The translations under genes and the position numbers were made by a program. A DNA stretch of 64,000 nt. Origin: Pavona decussata (Eukaryota). The DNA lies in NCBI GenBank assembly GCA_977016875.1, contig CDRNST010000093.1:744001-808000 (forward strand), read 5' to 3'. Under the pieces are notes generated by a model, which ran no database searches, was not told where the DNA came from, and was given only the letters and a program-made list of their open reading frames with translations. Shown in pieces: positions 62,200 to 64,000 of the stretch. Every line of letters starts with the position of its first letter. Position 1 is the stretch's first letter.

Positions 62200-63750
62200 A
62201 TAGTATTAGTGTATTTGACTATTGTCGCATCTGATACAAAAACATCCGGCAGATACTCTCACCGGTACTTTCCCCGACAAGCTGAGTCATTTTTGTATTG
62301 CTGTTGCAAAAAATAACGCCAACCGGCATACCGTAACTCTTTTGTCTACCAACAGTGTAGCTCGACAGCTACGACGACCCTTAGAGTTGCCAGTGACGAA
62401 AGTGGTTTCAGTCTAATATAAGTTAACTAACCCGATGGTCTTCACAAAACCATACGTGTAGTTCGTGAAGAACCAAACAACAAGAATGGCATATGAATGT
62501 ATTACAAACCTGCACTATACTGTCTGCAATCACCCAGTCAATTCCAGTTATCCAACGATACCTTCCTCTGAGCGAAGAAAACAATGAACAATCGGACTTT
62601 ATAAACTCCTTCTGCAAACACATCCATCACCTCTGAATAAAGCACATTATCTTCCATCCACAAATCCAAGGAACATCCACTGCCAAGCCAAGTTTTGTTA
62701 TTGACGGGTTAAATGTTACACAGCTGAATCCTTGGCATTTTTTATAGTAAACATTGAGCAGATCCTCTTTGTCACCTTATAAATTAATTTCCTGATATCA
62801 ACAAAGAGTTCATGTAAAGAAAGGAACAGAAATGTGTTGACAACATGATACATGGTTTGTTTACCGACATCTGCAGCTAGAGATATCGACAAACTGATAA
62901 CTGTTTGTAGCATTTCCGATTCACATTTCTCGAATCCCGACCATTAACCATAAGTTGCACGAAATGTGTCAATGAATGAACGGGTTGAATTTTCTTAGGT
63001 ATCTACACAACCTACAACACTAAGAAAACAATTGTCTTTTCAGGTCATATTTGTGCTCATGGTCACATTAACTTATCTTTGTATCACTCCAATAAAATAG
63101 TAAGAATGTTATCTCTGTTGCTTTTATGAAATTACCTCATCGATGTGATAATTAAAGACCTCCTTGTGAAACGATAGGAAATTTCGCTGGTGGTTACCTA
63201 TTAACCAAATGCATATGACAACTGTAATAGGGGAAGTTGTTCACAAAAAAGAAACAACTTTGGATTCATCAAAGCGTTAATCCAAAATATCCTTTTAAAT
63301 CAAATTACGTTATCCAAATCCATATAGGTTGAAGCGCGATAAGGCATTGGGTGGCAACATATTTAAAATAATTTCCCGAGGCGATGTCTCAAAGCCATGT
63401 TATCTCTTTTTCTCGGCGAAAGAAAGTGACAAGCAGTGAAACACTTGCAGTGATATCTGAGGTCGACAAGCTCTCGTCGCAATCATCAATGACCCCTCCA
63501 TATTCTTCTAGCAATGGTGTAGTGTTTACCTCGATCCATGTTGTTGCACAAGGCCATTGATCCATATTAATTCCGGTCATCGAAACCCTATCCCAAGTTC
63601 TGTTACTCAAAGTCGCAACATAAACAGTAACAACGTATTAAAATAACATTTGTTTTGGATGGTCTAAGCACATGACCACTTAGCGAAATCGGCTAATCTT
63701 ATTAGTTTTCTTCGCTTCTAAAGTTGCAAATCATGGCACCGGCCAGATAC
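62200..63750 (-). pseudogene. Highly decayed coding relic, possibly an LRR-containing GPCR (LGR/GRL101-like)
   Basis: Collinear fragments in mixed frames: LNMLPPNALS..RNLI (LRR-like), CESEMLQTVISLSISLAA.VG (hinge/TM1), WLGSG/FLGF/YSEV (TM3), RLALFFAT..LSLSGKVPVRVSA (TM6-7). Many stops. Confidence 0.3.
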
Positions 63751-64000
63751 CTGTTCAACGCATATTTGCTTGTACTGGGCATCGGATGTTGCTGCCCGGC
63801 GTGTAAATAAAGACGTACTTTGTCGCACTTTACTTTCGCTGATGAATATTGGGGCACCGCCAACCAGAAGCAGAAAAACAGAAACGTTCGGTATAATAAC
63901 GTGGTATGCCGTTTTGCTTTCCCACGCTATCGTTTGAAAAGTACTTCAAGTGTCATCTGCTCACGCTTACGACTTTAAATTAGAGATTAAACATTTAAAG

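Noticed and set aside
1-64000. CRISPR array or rRNA genes
   Set aside because: No repeat-spacer periodicity or rRNA-like sequence seen.

Overview
Animal genomic DNA, AT-rich, with spliceosomal introns and two N-gaps. The GPCR types and repeat families suggest a cnidarian, probably a stony coral (inference). (1) 1-19.8 kb: a ~5.6-kb tandem duplication whose units each carry an intronless class A GPCR, a tRNA-derived repeat, a hairpin element and an RTE-LINE fragment. It is followed by a TIR element with a 9-bp TSD and a different GPCR pseudogene at 22.7-23.7 kb. (2) 26-42 kb, the most interesting part: six intronless ~150-aa genes (one frameshifted) with a non-canonical ubiquitin-conjugating (E2/UBC)-like fold. 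All keep a presumptive catalytic Cys (ICHF) and vary strongly in one loop. They lie head-to-head with a 3-exon gene that appears to fuse a catalytically dead JAB/MPN-like domain to a Cys-less half-E2 (UEV/RWD-like) domain. Most of these promoters share a GCGCATG + TTCnnnGAAAnnGAAAC (STAT-GAS overlapping IRF-ISRE-like) cassette. This suggests an immune-inducible E2/JAB module resembling bacterial ubiquitin-like defence operons. (3) 48.7-61.5 kb: a minus-strand Tbx20 T-box gene, then a heavily decayed, probably LRR-GPCR-like relic. All domain calls are from motif recognition by eye; no searches were run.
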